Source: a virus. Taken from it: 64,000 nucleotides of DNA. Made by a program: the position numbers and the translations under genes. The notes under the pieces were generated by a model. It had not been told where the DNA came from. It did not search any database and was given only the letters and a program-made list of their open reading frames with translations. The stretch lies in the IMG/VR virus record IMGVR_UViG_3300040751_002535, one strand, 5' to 3'. Below are positions 59,673 to 64,000 of the stretch, piece by piece (the stretch's first letter is position 1; the number at the start of each line of letters is the position of its first letter).

Positions 59673-60918
59673 TGATGTTTTTTTAGATAACTGCTTGGTT
59701 ATACAAATAAAAGGACAAACTCGATTTATAAACGAACATTACAATATACTAGACAATCTCAACAACTATATTGGATGTGATCAAATGTATAAAATGAGTT
59801 TTTTAAGTCATTATGATGGAAACTTTATACAAATACACGATATGGGACATCTTCCATACTTGGAGAATTTAAATCTAAGCTCTATTGATATTAATGAACT
59901 AAACAAAAATAAGCTAACTATTTTTCTCACTGAACAAATAATTCATACTGATAACGATTATTGTAGAATATTACTAGGAACAGATGATACTGCAAGCACC
60001 TCAACGTCTGGCATTCCTTACAATACTACAAACACTATTTGGTCGCCTGAACTTGACAGTATTGAAATATTTGTAAAAAATAATAATCTAACCAATGTTT
60101 CAGTTTGTGTAAGTTTTGATGACATCACTGATATTTACAAAGACAGATACAGTTTTAACTTATATCGAAATGATGCTTGTTTAGATGCACTAAACAACTT
60201 ATATAAATCATTTGATGAGGTAGAACATATTCGACCTGTTGACATTAACAAAAAGTTTTGGTGTGCAAACTGGAGATATAGTTCTCATAGACATCTTATT
60301 ACAGCATATGCTAGTACACTTGACACTGAATATAGTTGGGGATTTATTGACGACGACTTGAAAGTTTTAGAAAATTTATGGTTAGATTTAGAAAACTTTA
60401 AATTCAAAGATAGCATTGTTGATAGATTAGAATATTTAAACAAAAACAATAGAAGTATAGATATACCAACTACGTCGATGGAGATTGATGGCAACATACT
60501 TGACGAAGCTAAACGTCTACAAGAAATACCAGCTGGACCATATGATACTAATCAATATGCTAGTAGTGATTTATTTAAAAATACATTTTGTTCAATTGTT
60601 AATTTAAGTACATTTGCAGAGCCGTTTCCCTGCTACGATGAAAAACCACTAAATGCAATATTTAACTTACGTCCATTTATATTATGTGGACCACCGGGCA
60701 GTTTGGCACTTATGCGTAAAGATGGGTTTAAAACGTTTGGAGATTTTTGGGACGAATCATACGACAATGAGTTGGATCATACCAAACGTTTAGAAAAAAT
60801 ATTCAAACTAATAGATGAGATAGATAGTTGGAGCATACGTGATTGTCAAGAAATATATGCCAACATGATTCCAACACTATTTGAAAACTATCATAAATTT
60901 AAAAAACCAAACTTATGA
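59641..60918 (+). CDS. glycosyltransferase-like hypothetical protein
   Basis: EKP...RPFILCG...GFKTFGDFWDESYD C-terminal motif. Confidence 0.5.
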   Translation: MQYKSPEYKRSDVFLDNCLVIQIKGQTRFINEHYNILDNLNNYIGCDQMYKMSFLSHYDGNFIQIHDMGHLPYLENLNLSSIDINELNKNKLTIFLTEQIIHTDNDYCRILLGTDDTASTSTSGIPYNTTNTIWSPELDSIEIFVKNNNLTNVSVCVSFDDITDIYKDRYSFNLYRNDACLDALNNLYKSFDEVEHIRPVDINKKFWCANWRYSSHRHLITAYASTLDTEYSWGFIDDDLKVLENLWLDLENFKFKDSIVDRLEYLNKNNRSIDIPTTSMEIDGNILDEAKRLQEIPAGPYDTNQYASSDLFKNTFCSIVNLSTFAEPFPCYDEKPLNAIFNLRPFILCGPPGSLALMRKDGFKTFGDFWDESYDNELDHTKRLEKIFKLIDEIDSWSIRDCQEIYANMIPTLFENYHKFKKPNL

Positions 60919-61844
60919 AATGTGCAGCGTTATACAATCATACTAACATAAGGGGAGGTGATCGCATCTTCCCTTGCTGCCGTTTTAAAAACAGCATACA
61001 ATGGTTTGACGGTGACGTAAACAACATACTAAACAGTTACAGTTACAATCTACTTAGAAGTAGAATGGAATCTGGCGAAAAGTTACCAGAATGTGCCAAG
61101 TGCTGGCATGAAGAAAATCTAGGCAAACCTAGTCTTAGACAATGGTTCAACGAAAACTACAGTACAGATGAAATCAAACTTAGATACCTTGAGGTAGGAT
61201 TTGACAACATTTGCGATCTAACCTGTGACGGATGTTGGGAAGAATGGAGCAGTAGTTGGTGGGTCAAAAAGAATCCCGGACTTCCTCCCAAACAAGGTAT
61301 TACTAGTACAACTGAATTTAGAAACATTCCAGAAAGCATTGAAAAGGTTGTGTTTTTAGGGGGTGAGCCGCTGATGACAAATCGTCATAGACGCTTCTTG
61401 GAAAGTTTTGATACACTGGATCATTTAGAAGTAGAATACTTTACAAACGGTATGCATAGTTTAACACAAGAGGATTACGCTGTATTGAGTAAATGCAAAC
61501 GTGTACATTTCACTGTAAGCATAGATGGTGTCGGTGCACTAAATGAACAAGTACGTGGAAACAGTATTTGGAGTAAGGTTCTAAAAACACTAGACGAGAT
61601 TGCTGACACATTTGATTATACTATTCATACTACAATACATAAAAATAACTGGCATGGATTGCCTGATATGTACCAATGGACAAAAAAATATGCAAAATGG
61701 ACAACAAATGTCTTGACATATCCTAAAAAATTAGATATAATAAACTTAGAGCAGTGTGACAAACAAAAACTTTTGGATATCTTAGATGAGTTTGATATTC
61801 CAAATAAACAATATATAGGCACACACTTAAAAGGAGACGCATAA
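60915..61844 (+). CDS. radical SAM protein with auxiliary Cys cluster (twitch/SPASM-like)
   Basis: N-terminal C...PCC...CAKC; CDLTCDGC; GGEPL; SIDG. Confidence 0.85.
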   Translation: MKCAALYNHTNIRGGDRIFPCCRFKNSIQWFDGDVNNILNSYSYNLLRSRMESGEKLPECAKCWHEENLGKPSLRQWFNENYSTDEIKLRYLEVGFDNICDLTCDGCWEEWSSSWWVKKNPGLPPKQGITSTTEFRNIPESIEKVVFLGGEPLMTNRHRRFLESFDTLDHLEVEYFTNGMHSLTQEDYAVLSKCKRVHFTVSIDGVGALNEQVRGNSIWSKVLKTLDEIADTFDYTIHTTIHKNNWHGLPDMYQWTKKYAKWTTNVLTYPKKLDIINLEQCDKQKLLDILDEFDIPNKQYIGTHLKGDA

Positions 61845-62455
61845 TGGATATGCGAAGTTATGAAGATTGGCAAGTACACGATGCTACTGAAGGATCAGTA
61901 GAAGATGTTACTTGGAACAGCAATGACCTTCTTACGTTACCGTGGGAAGCAACATATATGACAGACGAAATTCCCGAAGATAGTAGTTGGGATACATTTG
62001 CAACAAAAAACAAAAAAGCATTAGAAGCAATGTACGCACAATGGGGAGTACCTAAAGAAGGTAGCTTACACTATATGAGCATACGTCCTGAACTTACAAA
62101 AGGACTAGGCAGTATTATTTCTCCGTATGCACATATGACATTTAACTATAACTTTTTAAAACTTACACCGGGTTGTAGTTTAATGTGGCACTTTGATACA
62201 TATGCTACATTTGTAAGATACAACAACATTGCAGAAGACGATGTTCACAATGTATGTAGAACTGTTATTATGATGAAAGACTGGGATAGAGGACAAGTAT
62301 TACAAGTAGGTGATGAAGTTTACACACATTGGCAAGAAGGTGATACGTACACTTGGAAAGGCGATACGTGGCACGGTATGGCAAACTTTGGTCCTAGTGA
62401 CATAGTTGTTGCACAAGTAACATTTTTGGATGAAAATGACCGATATACCCAATGA
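61844..62455 (+). CDS. 2OG-Fe(II) oxygenase/cupin-like protein (paralog of 59151)
   Basis: PGCSLMWHFD and WHGMAN. Confidence 0.65.
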   Translation: MDMRSYEDWQVHDATEGSVEDVTWNSNDLLTLPWEATYMTDEIPEDSSWDTFATKNKKALEAMYAQWGVPKEGSLHYMSIRPELTKGLGSIISPYAHMTFNYNFLKLTPGCSLMWHFDTYATFVRYNNIAEDDVHNVCRTVIMMKDWDRGQVLQVGDEVYTHWQEGDTYTWKGDTWHGMANFGPSDIVVAQVTFLDENDRYTQ

Positions 62456-63335
62456 TAAACGCAGCATGGATTTTGGCAGTGCATTTGCTATAGCAGATCC
62501 AGAAACTATAAAGCTGTTGCGTCAAACTTTTAATTTTACCGATCTTAACAGCGATAGTATCATTGATGAGTTTTTGAATGAATATGACACTTGGATTAAA
62601 AGTGGCACACTAAATGTATTTACTGGATTAGAAGATTTCAAATACAAATGCTATAGTAATGGTACTACTGAAAGTTTTGATAAGTTTTACATGAAAAATT
62701 CCAAGCGTAGGTTTCGCTGCTACAAAGGCGAGTATATGTATCATAAACTTGCATGGCGTGATAAGTTTGATTGGCAATGGTTAGAAGAGTCCCCGTTGCA
62801 CAAAAACGATGCTGTTGTTATAAGTTTGCCGTTTGCAGACACTGGCGACAAGCATACATTGTATCATGAACTTATGCGCAAGTGCAGCAAGCTAAACATA
62901 CCTGTGTTAGTAGATTGTGCATACTACGGGGCTTGTAGGCATATACATATTGATTTAGCGTATCCGTGTATTACAGATGTTACATTTTCGTTAAGCAAAA
63001 CATTCCCTGTTGCATATGCACGTATCGGAATACGCTATACTAGAGTTGACGATGATGACACTATGTTTGTGTATCATAAAATAAACTACAACAATAAAAT
63101 AGGTGCATTGCTAGGATTAGAATATTTTAAGAACTTTACACCCGATTATATATCAAACAAATATCTTGACAAACAAACAGAATTCTGTAATAATACTAAT
63201 GTGTTACCAAGTAAGACAGTATTATTTGGTATTGACAACAATAATAAATACCCTCAATACAACCGAGGCGGAACTAGTAATCGACTAAGTTTCCACAAGC
63301 AATATATTAAAGGACTAGACTTTGCCAGTACATAG
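62430..63335 (+). CDS. PLP-dependent fold-type I enzyme (aminotransferase-like)
   Basis: GTTESF, VDCAY, FSLSKTF...RIG. Confidence 0.75.
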   Translation: MKMTDIPNDKRSMDFGSAFAIADPETIKLLRQTFNFTDLNSDSIIDEFLNEYDTWIKSGTLNVFTGLEDFKYKCYSNGTTESFDKFYMKNSKRRFRCYKGEYMYHKLAWRDKFDWQWLEESPLHKNDAVVISLPFADTGDKHTLYHELMRKCSKLNIPVLVDCAYYGACRHIHIDLAYPCITDVTFSLSKTFPVAYARIGIRYTRVDDDDTMFVYHKINYNNKIGALLGLEYFKNFTPDYISNKYLDKQTEFCNNTNVLPSKTVLFGIDNNNKYPQYNRGGTSNRLSFHKQYIKGLDFAST

Positions 63336-64000
63336 TAATAACGATTGGGATCCACTAGAAGAAATTATTATTGGCACAGCAGAAAACTGTGTACATCCTA
63401 CTATGAATAAGAGTACACACAGTTTTATCTATGGCGGAGAACAACTTGAAGATATCAAACAGTTTGACGGTCAACCTATTGAACAATGGATTGTAGATGA
63501 AGCAAACGAAGACTTAGAAGGTCTTGAAAAATGTTTGCAAGGGCTAGGTGTTAAAACATTACGTCCTGAACCAATAGATCACAACAAGAAGTTTAGCACA
63601 CCAGAATGGGAAACAACAGGCTGGTATACTTTTTGTCCACGTGACTTACTACTACCATTGGACAATATGATTATTGAATGTCCAAGCCCTATGCGAGCAA
63701 GATACTTTGAAACTAGAGCATACTATAAACACTTGTATCGTTGGATGCAAGAAGGCACACAATGGATCAATGCTCCTAAGCCTATCCTAACAGATGACAA
63801 CTATCAACTAGAAGACAGGCGTGATGCTACACTAGTAAACAAAGAGATTATTTTTGATGCACCTAACATTGTGCGACTAGGCAGAGACTTGCTGTGTCAA
63901 GTAAGCAACAGTGGTAATCAACTAGGCTTTCAGTGGCTAAAGACTATCTTAGAACCCAAGGGATATCGGTTGCACGTTGCAGAGAAGTATTATAGCTTTG
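63322..64000 (+). CDS. amidinotransferase (glycine/inosamine-phosphate amidinotransferase family), partial; not in ORF track
   Basis: TTG start; HSNNDWDPLEEIIIG, FCPRD, RARYFE, FDAPN, SNSGN; runs off the window. Confidence 0.85.
   Translation, partial: MPVHSNNDWDPLEEIIIGTAENCVHPTMNKSTHSFIYGGEQLEDIKQFDGQPIEQWIVDEANEDLEGLEKCLQGLGVKTLRPEPIDHNKKFSTPEWETTGWYTFCPRDLLLPLDNMIIECPSPMRARYFETRAYYKHLYRWMQEGTQWINAPKPILTDDNYQLEDRRDATLVNKEIIFDAPNIVRLGRDLLCQVSNSGNQLGFQWLKTILEPKGYRLHVAEKYYSF

Noticed and set aside
1-64000. Stop-codon reassignment
   Set aside because: Long genes are intact in the standard code, and TAA, TAG and TGA all end confident genes.
1-64000. tRNA or other known RNA genes
   Set aside because: Intergenic gaps are short and I saw no cloverleaf; tRNAscan/Infernal would be needed to exclude them fully.
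63322-64000. Amidinotransferase as archaeosine (G+) synthase
   Set aside because: Known G+ synthases are ArcS, QueF-like or GAT-QueC; this protein belongs to the unrelated Arg-dependent amidinotransferase family.

Overview
This window is about 64 kb of an AT-rich, gene-dense, almost entirely plus-strand jumbo/T4-distant tailed phage genome. The host is probably an aquatic alphaproteobacterium, based on the FdxA-type ferredoxin, UvsE, PhoH and TTGACA-N17-TAnnnT promoters. Gene order: UvsE and IscA; a baseplate/tail-fibre block (3.3-17.4 kb); a stand-alone DnaE fragment; B12-radical SAM, GroES, MazG-like, nitroreductase and radical SAM genes, and an exonuclease; clamp loader, ferredoxin, DHFR, ThyA and PhoH; a GH19 endolysin/spanin/holin lysis cassette; DnaJ-PDF-ClpA; a ~9 kb array of probable head-internal proteins sharing a T4-like capsid-targeting N-terminus; an ATP-grasp plus ATE/Bpt-like pair; PolB and a sliding clamp; then a long modification/biosynthetic region. 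That region holds a TGT/DpdA-like transglycosylase, QueD-like, GT-B glycosyltransferase, PD-(D/E)XK nuclease, nucleotide-sugar enzymes, 2OG-oxygenase-like proteins, radical SAM, a PLP enzyme and an amidinotransferase. Best candidate new systems: (1) a glycosylated 7-deazaguanine DNA hypermodification with an embedded nuclease; (2) a radical SAM/aminotransferase/amidinotransferase guanidino-sugar pathway; (3) an intein-less split DnaE; (4) a cargo array of packaged proteins including annexin-like and ART-like members; (5) a phage N-degron/proteostasis toolkit. All functional calls come from motif recognition by eye; no searches were run.
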